A stretch of DNA of 64,000 nucleotides from Podarcis pityusensis (Eukaryota): the NCBI GenBank assembly GCA_964106645.2, contig OZ067053.1. One strand, given 5' to 3'. A model generated the notes under the pieces. The model saw only the letters and a list, made by a program, of their open reading frames with translations, had not been told where the DNA came from and searched no databases. Both the position numbers and the translations under genes were made by a program. Shown in pieces: positions 24,225 through 35,790 of this stretch (position 1 is its first letter; every line of letters starts with the position of its first letter).

Positions 24225-25612
24225 TAGATGACCTGAATCCAAGACGTCTATTGTCAAATGAGGTCATGCTGGCTGGGACTGGTGAGAATTGTAATCTAAG
24301 ACATCCACAAGGCACCAAGTTACTATATGGTGCTGCTATGTAATACTCTCTCTATCAATTAACTGGGTCTGCTTCTGTCTGCTCAGAAACTTGATTTGTG
24401 ACTTCATATAAGGTCACTTTTGCAAGTGATACAGAGAAGGTGCTTTTGCCTCTGATGTGGGCATAGCAAATATTGTTATTAGGGATTGCTGCTGTCATCC
24501 TTTTTCTTCTCTGTAGTTCCCATGTTTACTCAGGCCAGGATCCAATATTCATATTCTCTTTTTATTAGGAGAAATTGTTTAGGAATGTCAAATGTTTAGT
24601 GGTTCCAAACAATCCCCCCCCCCCCCCGACAACTTTAAAATCGTTGAGGTTCTTGGCAGACCGCCTCATTGTTTTTCTGTCTCTTATAGCAATTGCAGTG
24701 TACTGTGCTAGATGCTGTTTGATTTTTAATCACATTTGTATTGTTTCTTTTATTGCTTATATTGTATTTTCTTGCATTACAGTTCAAATTCCATAAATTC
24801 AAATTGTATGTGTTCTTCACCAACCACCTGAGAACCACTAATGGTCCACAGACCACAGTTTGAGAAGCCCTGTCTTCATTGTAGGATAAAATGAGCACCT
24901 TTTCTGCATTGTACTTGGCAGGAATGGTGGCATGTATATATTTATTTGTTATAATTGGCGTCCTGTTTTTTCACCAAAGGCGCACACTCAGCCTTGCTTC
25001 AAGGTGTTTGAAATTAGTCTTGAGGCTAATATTGGAAGGGATCATAAGAGTGCTAGAGGAGAGAGTAACACCCTCAGTGTTCAGGGTGCTCTGCAAAGTA
25101 ACCTAAGCGTTAGATAAATGTCAAATGTCCCCAAGGAGTTCATAGTCTTCATTTCAAAAATGGAAGAGACATAGCTTAAACCTCGGTATACAATTGATCC
25201 ACCCCCCTCATTATAACTGCCCTGAGATCTACAGGTATAGGGCGGTATACATTTTTCCCCCTGTGTACCGCCCTGACATTTTAGGATGAAGGGTGGTATA
25301 TAAATATAATTAATTAATAATAAATTAATAAATTTAACAAATTATTATTTTTATTATAGTCTGTTATGATTGGCAGTGACTCTCGTAAGATCTCAGGCAC
25401 TGGAAGTTATTCCTGGCCCTGCTACCTAAGATACTTTTAATACTGTGTGCAGACATGCTGAAGACCATAGATAATAGACAAAGAAGATAGTAGACAAAGA
25501 ATGAATGTCCTGAAACCCTGAAATCAGAACAAGATAATTTGCTAGATTGTTACTTGCTACGCATGTTCATGATTCCACATACTTCTTCCTCCCAATTTCC
25601 TTTGTGCCGTAG

Positions 25613-25761
25613 GTGGATATCCATATCATGACACAACCCCCATCAGGAGAATGGGCTTACTTTGACACAGAGGTCACCAACAGCAGTGGTAGGATTTCCT
25701 ACGTTATCCCCGAAAACAGGCGGCTGGGCATTGGCGTGTATCCTGTCAAGATGGTGGTCAG
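25613..25761 (+). CDS. PITPNM2: PITPNM2 exon
   Basis: tag|GTGGAT...AG|gtaagt. Encodes VDIHIMTQPPSGEWAYFDTEVTNSSGRISYVIPENRRLGIGVYPVKMVV. Confidence 0.97.
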
Positions 25762-25918
25762 GTAAGTTTTGCTGCAGGATGTTTGGCTTCTGCATCCCTT
25801 TATAAGTAACTTGAACTTGGAGCTACAATGTTTGAGGGCAAGGGACTGGCCCAAACATGTTTGCTCCCTGATCAGTCTCTTAACTAACTCAGTACCTCCC
25901 TTTTCCCTTTTCCTTTAG

Positions 25919-26068
25919 AGGCGACCACACGTATGCCGACAGCTACATCACTGTTCTGCCCAGGGGGACTGAGTTTGTGGTCTTCAGCATTGACGGTTCC
26001 TTTGCAGCCAGTGTTTCAATCATGGGCAGTGACCCCAAAGTCAGAGCTGGAGCAGTTGATGTAGTACG
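25919..26068 (+). CDS. PITPNM2: PITPNM2 exon (start of LNS2 domain)
   Basis: ttag|AGGC...CG|gtatga. Encodes GDHTYADSYITVLPRGTEFVVFSIDGSFAASVSIMGSDPKVRAGAVDVV. Confidence 0.97.
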
Positions 26069-26344
26069 GTATGAAGGATTTGGAAATGCTTTGTGTCTGC
26101 AGTTGTGCTTTGGAGTGCAAAATTATGAAAATATCCCCTTTCATTTTTAAAAGGGAAGCTGCTGGCCCTCAGGGTTTCAGGGAGAAACCTTAATTATAGC
26201 ATATGCTTTTGTGAGCCAGAGTCTATTAGAGTCATGAAGTATTTGTCCTGAGGGGTTGATATGTACATAAAATAGGGGGGTGGGAATCCAGACAGTGACA
26301 ATTCACAAAACTGTGTTAGCAGTAACATAAATATTCTGGCATTA

Positions 26345-26705
26345 AAGGTAAAGGTAAAGGTACCCCTGCCCGTACGGGCCAGTCGTGTCCGACTCTAGGG
26401 TTGTGCGCCCATCTCACTTAAGAGGCCGGGGGCCAGCGCTGTCTGCAGACACTTCCGGGTCACGTGGCCAGCGTGACAAGCTGCATCTGGCGAGCCAGCG
26501 CAGCACACAGAAACGCCGTTTACCTTCCTGCTAGTAAGCGGTCCCTATTTATCTACTTGCACCCGGGGGTGCTTTCGAACTGCTAGGTTGGCAGGCGCTG
26601 GGACCGAGCAACGGGAGCGCACCCCACCGCGGGGATTCGAACCGCCGACCTGACGATCGGCAAGTCTAGGCGCTGAGGTTTTACCCACAGCGCCACCCGC
26701 GTCCC
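26345..26705 (-). mobile_element. Young full-length Sauria/Squam1-type SINE
   Basis: Minus strand starts GGGACGCGGGTGGCGCTGTGG, has a B-box-like GGTTCGAATCC and an (ACCTTT)n tail. Perfect 13-bp TSD TATTCTGGCATTA (26332-26344 and 26706-26718). CpGs retained. Confidence 0.93.
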
Positions 26706-27787
26706 TATTCTGGCATTAGTGGGCTAATTATTGTATATTGGATGGTTCTCTCCTCCTTTGCCACATATTAAAGAGCTACTTTTGTTTCGTGGCACAAATA
26801 CTCTGAAATCTAGGACTCCTGTCTCCCCTCTGTTAATAATAAAATAGTGGGGGGGTTAAAATAGCATTCTTTGTTCCAGGGGCATAACTTCTTCATAGCA
26901 CATCCCTGTTCCAAGGCCCCCTTTCTGTGGCCTGAGACTCTTAGAGATGATGGTTTCCCCACCCAAGTTTCTTGGGGTTCCAAAATTTATTTCCTGGTCC
27001 TTTTAGTTGCACATACAAAAAGATCTGAGAACACAAAATGAGAAAAGATGTGATTGGAAAGTAGGTTACAAATGTCCTAAATGAATTTAGCAAATATATC
27101 AAATTTAAGAATGAAAGACTAGGATAATATGTTTACAAAAGGTATTTGTGGGGATAGAAGAGCAAGCATTTATTTCTCCTTTATTTGTTACAAAGTGCTG
27201 TGCAAGGGAATAAATATTGCAGAAATTTCTATTGATCACTTAGCTTCACATATAGCAGCTTCAGCAGGCCGGCTCCTGGCAAAATCTTCTCTATATTTGT
27301 GGACAGCTAAGATTCCACTTCCATCTCAGTTGTTAGTAAAAAAGAAAAGAAAAGAAAAGAAAGGGCATGTTCTCTCTTGTGCTAAGGGACTTATTTCCCA
27401 GGACTTAGGGAGCGGCCGCTGCTTGGTGGGGGCCTTGCAGGCAGAAGCTCCCAGGTTCATTCTCTGAAATCTCGATTTAGGTCTGGGAGTTTCCCGGCCT
27501 AACTCAACATAAGGCAGCTTCTTGTGTTGGTTATAAGTTGGGGGAAAGTACAAACAAAGCACCTATTGACAACACTTGGAGAGTTTTCCTCTGAAATCAT
27601 CTCGTCAGAAGCATTTCTAATACTGTACAAATAGGCTCGTGAATGTGCCAAGGTGGTTCAGGACTACAGCAGCGGGCAAATGGTTCCCTTCCCACTCCCC
27701 CTTTCCAGATCCCCAGCCTGTAATGTGCTGCATACATCCTCCCTCCCTCCTGTTCTTATTAATTGTTTTCTCCCTTCCCCTTCTTAG

Positions 27788-27971
27788 GCACTGGCAAGAC
27801 CTTGGCTACCTCATTATCTACGTCACGGGCCGGCCTGACATGCAGAAGCAACGGGTGGTTGCCTGGTTAGCACAGCACAACTTCCCCCATGGGATCGTCT
27901 CGTTCTGCGATGGTCTGGTTCACGACCCACTGCGGCACAAGGCCAACTTCCTGAAGTCCCTACTCACAGAC
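27788..27971 (+). CDS. PITPNM2: PITPNM2 exon (LNS2)
   Basis: ttag|GCAC...GAC|gtaagc. Encodes HWQDLGYLIIYVTGRPDMQKQRVVAWLAQHNFPHGIVSFCDGLVHDPLRHKANFLKSLLTD. Confidence 0.97.
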
Positions 27972-28973
27972 GTAAGCAAGCAGAGCAGGGTTCATTCTCT
28001 CTCTCTCTCTCAACAGGTTTAGGGAGAACTTCTCAAAGGCCCAGAGGCTGTGTCTATCCAAACAGTGCATGGAAATATCTGTGGGTAGGGTGGGGAGGTG
28101 TCATCCTGAAGCAAACTAAGTATCTAACAGATACTGGAAGATTTTTGGTGATGTTCCAGGCACTGGCCAGTTGTTAGCGAAGTCACTTAAATACAGCAAA
28201 CAGAGTCCAGAAAGAAAAGAAACTGATAATACTTTGGGGAATAGAAAACCCCCGGAATATCATATGAGGAGAAATAGAGAGGTGTTCTGTCTTTCTTAGT
28301 AGCTAAGCTCTAGTCCATAACAGGAATATTTACTAATGCAGAGGAGAATTCCCTCAGAACTAATCAGCTGATCAGAACCTCTTAAACATCTAACGAACAC
28401 AGTTTTGACAAACTCGGTTCACTGAGGTTCAATTTTTAACCATAGTTCATAGAATTGTAGAGTTGGAAGGGATTACAAGGGTCACCCCCGACAATGCAGG
28501 AATCTCAACAGAAGCATCCATGACTGATGGCCATCCAACCTCTTCATTACATTCACCTGAGACATTTTAACTAGGGATGCAAGAGCATCCATTCATTTTC
28601 CCAAAAAGGTGGTGTGGATGGTGTATGTTCTAAGTGAGCATGTGCGAAATCCCTCCAAAAGCGCTGAGCACTCTCCTCCACCTCCCTCTTCCCCTGCCAG
28701 TAGACAAAGAAACTTCCCTTTGGGCAGGCAAGGAAGAAGCAGAGGTGGCGGCTGCAGGCTGTGGGGCCGTTGCCCAGTTAGGCAATGTTAGACTCCAAGT
28801 GTCTTCAGAGGCTCTTTGGTAATAGAAATAGGAAAATGTGTCAGGTTCAAGTTTCTCTCTGTTTCTCATTTTTCCATTCTTCAGTTCTCAACAATGCAAC
28901 ATCAGTTTGCAACTTCTAAAAAAGAAGCCTGATGAAAATTCATCATTTTAGTGCAGATTTCTCTTTCAATATA

Positions 28974-29186
28974 CAGTGGTACCTCTGGTTGCGCACAGTT
29001 CCGGAGCTCCGGTCAGATCCCGAGCAATTTGCGACCGGAGGTGCTGCTTCTGCGCATGCATGCGGCGCAGTAGAGTGCTTCTGCACATGCGCGCGCAGCG
29101 AAACCCAGAAAAATACTTACGGGTTTGCTGCGTTCACATCCTGAAGGATACACAACTAGAGGTGTGCGTATGCAGAGGTACCACTG
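28974..29186. mobile_element. Tc1/mariner(Tigger)-type MITE
   Basis: TIRs CAGTGGTACCTCTG / CAGAGGTACCACTG with TA on both sides. Confidence 0.88.
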
Positions 29187-29829
29187 TACACATTTTAATG
29201 CACTTTTGTCTAATGTACACAAAGCAGTTTTATAATATCTTTTTTGCATGAGATTTTATAATATACACATTTTTATGCAGCTTTTATTATAAGCACATTA
29301 CTTTTATTTATCTATTTTCATATGCCGCTATTCATAAAAAAAAATCAGAGTGATTTACAGCATGTATACTTGGCCAGACTGCTCATCTTGGTAGGTGAAG
29401 CCCTGGAATGATGCCCCCAAACCCTGCCCAAAGTGGCACCACTTCTGGGCAGGCTGTGACCAAGACCCCTCGCTGTGCCCTTCCCAGATGGAAGGCCCTG
29501 AAGCAGCAGCTGCTGCTGGCACCGCTGCCTTCCTCCTGGCCCAGCGTAAGTTACTGGGGGAAATTGTGCCGGTGGGCTTGCAGGATCAGGGTGAACCTTG
29601 TGAACGCCAGTCCTGCTTTTGAGCATTCAAGGAGGGTGTTTGCCTTCCCGAGCACTTCTCCTCAAATGCATCCTTACTCTTAACATTACAACCTTTTCCC
29701 AAGGCATCCTACAAAAGATGCTACATTGCAACATCTTTGTGTGAAAACCAAGGGTCTGGTGCTATTCCAGAGGGTACTTTTCCCTCCCAGTTGCCAATGA
29801 TTTGCCTTTTCTTGCCCCACACCCTGCAG

Positions 29830-29958
29830 CTAGACATGAAGATCCATGCGGCCTATGGATCCACCAAGGATGTCTCGGTCTACACCTCCATCAGCCTGCC
29901 GCCTATGCAGATCTACATTGTTGGGCGGCCAACCAAGAAGTTACAGAACCATTGTCAG
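29830..29958 (+). CDS. PITPNM2: PITPNM2 penultimate coding exon
   Basis: cag|CTAGAC...CAG|gtaacc. Encodes LDMKIHAAYGSTKDVSVYTSISLPPMQIYIVGRPTKKLQNHCQ. Confidence 0.97.
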
Positions 29959-30259
29959 GTAACCTCAGAATTCAGGTGCTTTCACAAGGGATAGATAAGT
30001 GCCTGTATGATGAAGCTGGGGGTGCAGCCTGTCCAAGCCCTACAGCTGTGCCACTCAGCGGTGTAGCTAGCCGCTCGGGCGCCTGGGGTGGCTCCTGTGC
30101 CTGGCGGCAGGGCAGGGTAAGCCGGGGCAGGGCCTGCTGCACGGAGCCTCCAAGGAGTCTGCTCACTGCCTCCCCCTCAGCTGTAGGGCAGCAGAGGGGG
30201 AGGCGGTGAGCAGACGCAAAGCCGCACACTGCCATTTTGGGCAGCACGGAGCCTGCAGG

Positions 30260-30448
30260 NNNNNNNNNNNNNNNNNNNNNNNNNNNNNNNNNNNNNNNNN
30301 NNNNNNNNNNNNNNNNNNNNNNNNNNNNNNNNNNNNNNNNNNNNNNNNNNNNNNNNNNNNNNNNNNNNNNNNNNNNNNNNNNNNNNNNNNNNNNNNNNNN
30401 NNNNNNNNNNNNNNNNNNNNNNNNNNNNNNNNNNNNNNNNNNNNNNNN
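30260..30448. other. Assembly gap (189 N)
   Basis: Run of N. Confidence 1.
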
Positions 30449-30449
30449 T

Positions 30450-30957
30450 ATATCCCGCCCTCCCCAGCCAAAGTCAGGCTCAGAGCGGCTAACAACAATA
30501 AAAGTAACACAGCATTCTAAAATCAATTCATTTTAAAATCAATTCAAAATCAAATTAATGGCAACCATTGGGCTAGAGTTCTGTGAGGATTACCAAAGGA
30601 GGGGGTCAGAGTGTGCCTTGGCCAAAGGCCTGGTGGAACAACTCTGTCTTGCAGGCCCTGCAGAAAGATGTCAAGTCCCACAGGGCCCTAGTCTCTTGTG
30701 ACAGAACGTTCCACCAGATTGGGGCCACAGCCGAAAAAGCCCTGGCTCTGGTTGAGGCCAGTCTAAGCTCCCTGTGGCCCAGGACCTCCAAGATGTTATT
30801 GTTTGAAGACCGTAAGGTCCTCTGTGGGACATACCAGGAGAGGCGGTATGAGAGATGGTCCCGTAGGTACGAGGGTCCTAGGCCGTATAGGGCTTTAAAG
30901 GTTAAAACCAGCACCTTAAACCTGATCCTGTACTCCATCGGGAGCCAGTGCATCACA
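30450..30957 (-). mobile_element. L2-type LINE 3' fragment
   Basis: Minus peptide HWLPMEYRIRFKVLVLTFKALYGLGPSYLRDHL...RAFSAVAPIWWN. Confidence 0.85.
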
Positions 30958-32313
30958 TCACTCCCAGAGGAGATGTGTGGCTCAGGCATGCTGCAGGCCC
31001 CACGGTCAGTGCTGCCCCAGTGGTGTGGTCGCCAAGTGCCCATCCCCCCCCCCAGCTATGCCTCTGGTGCCACTTCTGTGTCAGTGGGGCTCACGAGAAG
31101 TGGCTTCGAAGAGATACCCAGAGAAGATGTAGAGGAGGGTGGCATTTTGGAGCACCAGCAGTCTAGCACAGATCTTACCTTTATGGTGCCATCTTTGTTG
31201 GCATGGAGGAGAGGAATGGTGGAAAGAAAGCCAAGCATCTCCTGAGGTAGTTGCAGAAGTGACTGTAGCTCAGAGGTAGAGCATCTGCTCTGCATACAGA
31301 AAATTCCAGCTTCTTCAGTCTTCAGCATCTTCATGTCAGGTTGGGAAAGACCCCTGCCTAAAACCCTGGAGGGCCTCTGCCAGTCAGCCGTACTGAGCTA
31401 AATGCACCAAATGCTGACTCCATATAAGGTATCTGCCTCATCTATGGAGAGACAAAAACGGACCCAGTCAGGGGATGCACAGGAAAAGCAGGCAAGTAGC
31501 CCAGTAGGCCCGGAACAAGATGGGAAGTCATTGGATAGGGGAGAAGCAGCAAGCCTGCCTATGCCTTGCCTGGCTATGTGCCTTTCTGAAAACAGAAGCA
31601 TATTTCAGTCAAAATTTTCAGGGGATCAGTGTTACATTTGTACTATCAAGATTTACCAGTGTGCTTTAAGAGATTTTTAAAATTTTTGATTTGGGTCTTT
31701 TAATAGCATGGTCTAAGCTTAGGCGATGGAGAACTGAGTACGCAGATCTTGTACACTTCCTTGGAATCCATTTGATGAAACACAGTTTAGACATATATTA
31801 TATTAAATAAAATACATATATACACAAAGTGTATCAAAGATGAATAATGGCCATTGCAGAAACAGCATTAATATGTTTAGCAAATTTGCTTATTTGGGTT
31901 GACATTTAGATGGCTTTTTGCTGAATAACTTATCCTGGTGCACATACAAGTAAGTTGGTTGCCTATATTGTTTTGCCAGCTGCTGAAGAGAATTTTGGTG
32001 CCTGCTTCTCAATTTCTAAACTAGTGTGTCAGAGAGACTTCTCCTTGACACTTGGCAGGAAGGTAGAGATGACCAGCTTATGGAGGGGTTCACACATTCC
32101 ACTTACCCCGCTTCAGCAGTGAGAACCACATCCTGTATGGCAGATTATTCTCTGGGTCTGGCAACCTGAGATAAATTTGTCACTTGGTAAACAGTTGCCT
32201 TGGCAGCATCTGAAATGGCAGCTGTGAAATTGCATTTGGCAATGAAACTAGACTGAAGTTTTGGACTGCAGATGTCTTCCAAAAATAAGCTTTCATTTTA
32301 ATTAAATTTGCAG

Positions 32314-32661
32314 TTCATTACCGAGGGATACGCAGCCCACCTGGCCCAGCTGGAATACACCCATCGCTCCCGCCCCGCCAAGAACACCACCCGGATGGCT
32401 CTTCGGAAAGGCAGCTTTGGCCTCCCGGGCCAAACGGAATTCCTGCGCAAGAGGAACCACTTGCTGCGCACCATCTCCTCTCAGCCAGCCACGGCAGCCA
32501 GCGGAAGCAGTGGCTACAGGCCGGAGCGAACCCAGAGTCAGTCAGAGAGTGACCGGGAGAGGGAGAGGGAGCGCAGCCAGAGGAGCATGAGCCTTGCCAC
32601 AGGGTGCTGGGGCCGGAGCACAGCCTCCAGACTGGAGCCGGGGGGCCTGGGGCAGAAGTAG
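32314..32661 (+). CDS. PITPNM2: PITPNM2 last coding exon (TAG at 32659-32661)
   Basis: cag|TTCATT. Encodes FITEGYAAHLAQLEYTHRSRPAKNTTRMALRKGSFGLPGQ...RSMSLATGCWGRSTASRLEPG..., matching the PITPNM2 C-terminus. Confidence 0.97.
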   Translation, partial: FITEGYAAHLAQLEYTHRSRPAKNTTRMALRKGSFGLPGQTEFLRKRNHLLRTISSQPATAASGSSGYRPERTQSQSESDRERERERSQRSMSLATGCWGRSTASRLEPGGLGQK

Positions 32662-35191
32662 AGCAGCCAGATGGCAGCAGCAGGAGGCAATCGTGCATGG
32701 AAGCAGCAGCGGAGGTGAAACAACCGAGGCCTGTGGTGTGGGGTAGTGGGGCAAACATGGTGCTACTCATTGCCAGAGAGGCAGTCATAACTTTATGAGG
32801 CGATAACAGACTGGTTTTTCCCCCCTCCATGCAAAACACACAGGCCTTGGTGACGGGGGCACTGGGTTTTTGCAGAGCACTGTGCAAAGAGGAACAAGAA
32901 AACTGCCTTTTCAAGCAGAGGGGCATCAGGAAGGGGAAGATGAATATTTTGGCAGCTTCTGGGTGCAGCTTTTTCCTGCCCCCCCCCTTTCTTACCCAGG
33001 TTTGGTGATTGTAAATATGTGCCTCCTCAGCTTCTTAGCCATCAGTCAAAGATGCAACGGAGGGCGGGAGCATCCCAGTGCCATGTGCGGGCAGAACTGG
33101 AGGAGTCAGGCGGGGGAGCCACGACTGTGGGCTTGTTCTGCTATCTGAAGTGAAAGGAGCTGCATCCTGCCACCGCTTTGAAATAAGTTGCTCCACTTCA
33201 GGAATCTGGAGAGACTCGGGTTGGACACAGGGAAGAGTTCAAGACAAGCAAAGGATGCTTAGAACACACTCCTATTCTGCTAAGAAGCAAAGTCATGTTG
33301 ACAATGGCTAATTCAAGGCATCTTTGGTGCGAGAAGCATGGGATCCGATTAGCAGTTTGTTTTATTTGGGTACAATTTCCTATGATTATTTTTAAGTGAA
33401 CATCTTAAAAAAGGAGGGAAAACAAAAACCAGATTTTGAAAACTGGTGGATTGTACTAATGCAGAGAAAGGATTTTATCTGCTGCTTTCTGCTCCTTGGT
33501 GTGTGAGGGAGGGGGCAGGGTGAAAGAAGTTGGGCAGTTACCCAGTCACTACTTTGTACTTTTGGAAAGTACCAACAGTTAGTTTCAAGCATCTAGGAAA
33601 CAAATAGCAGTGTGCTATTTTTGCTCAGCCTAAAAAAAGCGAAGTCCAAATTCTTCCCCACTCCGCCCACTTTCTCTTCTGCCTCTTGACCTCTTGACCA
33701 GAAGGGAGTCCGTCCTTCTTTCCAACTTTTGCAATGGCTTTCAGCGGAGGATGTAAATTTTGCTTTTCTTTTTAACTATAGTTATGCAACTGTAAAACCT
33801 CATTGTTTTTATTTGTTTTGCACTGATAATTTTTAGAAAGGAGGCCTATTACTATTTTATGAAGCTACACCCTCCCTATTTATAGCGCATGACAGTCAAA
33901 TGTTGCTAAGCCAGGATGCATCTACCCAAATGCAAACATGCACACACACACAGGGCTTTTCCCCACCAACAATGTCAGGAGATTTAAAAAGAACAAGTGC
34001 AACAAATTGAGAGGTACAAACCAAGGAAATGCGATTTTTAAAAGGAGAGGATAGACATATCTTAAATTTCCCTAACTACTCTCTGTACAGGAGTTGCAGG
34101 TTTGATGGTTTGGATTTGCTGCAAAGTTCTGTGAAGTACATTTGCGAGCTCTGCCCTGAGTTCTAAAGAACGTGCTTGGTTTACAACACCTTATAGTAGC
34201 TGTTTGAGAATGGCGGTAAATTGCACAAGGGAACATAGACCTACAAGGAAGGGTCTGCAAAATTTCCCTAGCCACCATCACGCCACCTCACCCTGCAGAT
34301 TCAGTTTCCAGCTGCTGCAGAACACAGTTAGCCTGAGATAATGGACTAGTTCTCCAAGAGTTGGGGTTGCCCTTTCTTGCCTATAGCTTCTGGCATTTTT
34401 TATATTTGCACAGGTGTGCTTCTTTGTTCAGTGTTCCACTTTATACGTAAAACATTTCCCCCCCTAGACCAACATCTCTTTCATTGTTTCTTCTTTTCAA
34501 TACCAAGACTCGGCAGCACTGTGAATTACAGCCTCTTTCCAAGCCACGAGGCTCAGCAACTCACCTGGACATGTAAAAAGCTACTTTGCTACATGGGTTT
34601 CAACACCAAATTTAAAATGGTGTGCTCCATCCATATGAATGTGATTGTCCAAAAGGGGTAAAATCCATTTATTTATCCATGGAAACTGCTGCTCTTTTCA
34701 AATGAAGCTTGCAACTCCCAACATTTCTTAAATGGTTGATGATGAGCCATACTGCAAGATTATAAGCCTCTTGTCTCAGATGAAGTCAACAAGAAAATCT
34801 TGGCGAGTTTTTACTACTTTTTTCTAAAAAAAAAGAACCCAAGCACTATTGACTTCCCTTTCTCCTCAGCCTAGCTCTTTGCAAATATACATTAAAAAAA
34901 ATGAGTGGGTGGGTGTTTGACATGCAGAATCCACATGGATTGCATTATAGCTCTTTGCTAGCTCAGTGTATCATCTGACCATCATCGCAAAAACAGACTA
35001 GGCGGCCACATAATCTGGATTTGAGTTTCATTGATTTGGCCTCTCCCCTGAACATTCAAGACATGTACATTATTCAAACTTTGAGACGTTCAGTGGCTCC
35101 TTTTTAGTGTGTGTGTGAGTGTGTGTGAGTAGACAGTGTAAAGGAAAAAAACAATGTAAAATGCCTGGATACGGGTTGGGGAGGAAGTGGG

Positions 35192-35231
<40 letters not shown>

Positions 35232-35790
35232 GCAGTGAAAGTAATTTATTTTATGTACAAAACCTATGTCTGGAGGGAAATAAACCTTCAGGTTTTGTTA
35301 ACATTTCAAGACCTAGTTTCCCCTCCCCCTTGTTTTCAGGCATAATTTACAACAAACTCATTTTATGGACCAAGTTTAAACTGTCCAAGGATGCTAAAAG
35401 AAATCTTCTCATTGCCTCTCGCCAATCCATATTTGAAACAAATGATCCGTAAGAGGGACAGTCATTCCTGTGTACACCCCCCACCCCTTGGCCAGGCGTC
35501 TCCTCTCTTCCAGCCATTCTCCCTGTTTCTTTTCAAGACGGTTGTTTTGTGTGTGTAAGGGGATGGGGGTGGTTCTTCATCCTTCTTTGCGATTGTAATA
35601 ATTTTGAATTAAGTGAGTGGCGAGCAAGTGACATTATGGCTGGAGGCTTTTTTCATTTTTTTAAGCTCTCCAGGATGCCATCATTCTGGTCCATGACTTA
35701 TGTATGTATACCCCTCGTGTGTTGTCCTTGATGTTGAAAGCTGAACTTGCTACTCTGGCATTAAACAAACAATAGCAATAGCTTCATTAG
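32662..35790 (+). other. PITPNM2: Probable PITPNM2 3' UTR; end uncertain
   Basis: Transposon-poor, AU-rich stretch after the stop. Candidate polyA signals AATAAA 35279-35284, ATTAAA 35760-35765 and AATAAA 36894-36899. Confidence 0.5.
35192..35231. repeat. (TA)n microsatellite
   Basis: Visible TA run with one TG interruption. Confidence 0.95.

Noticed and set aside
26625-26705. tRNA gene
   Set aside because: This is the tRNA-derived head of the SINE, continuous with its body, tail and TSD.
29972-30536. ORFs spanning the N run
   Set aside because: Artefacts of the assembly gap.
30583-31245. 220-aa + strand ORF
   Set aside because: Antisense to an L2 fragment, running on into intron sequence.
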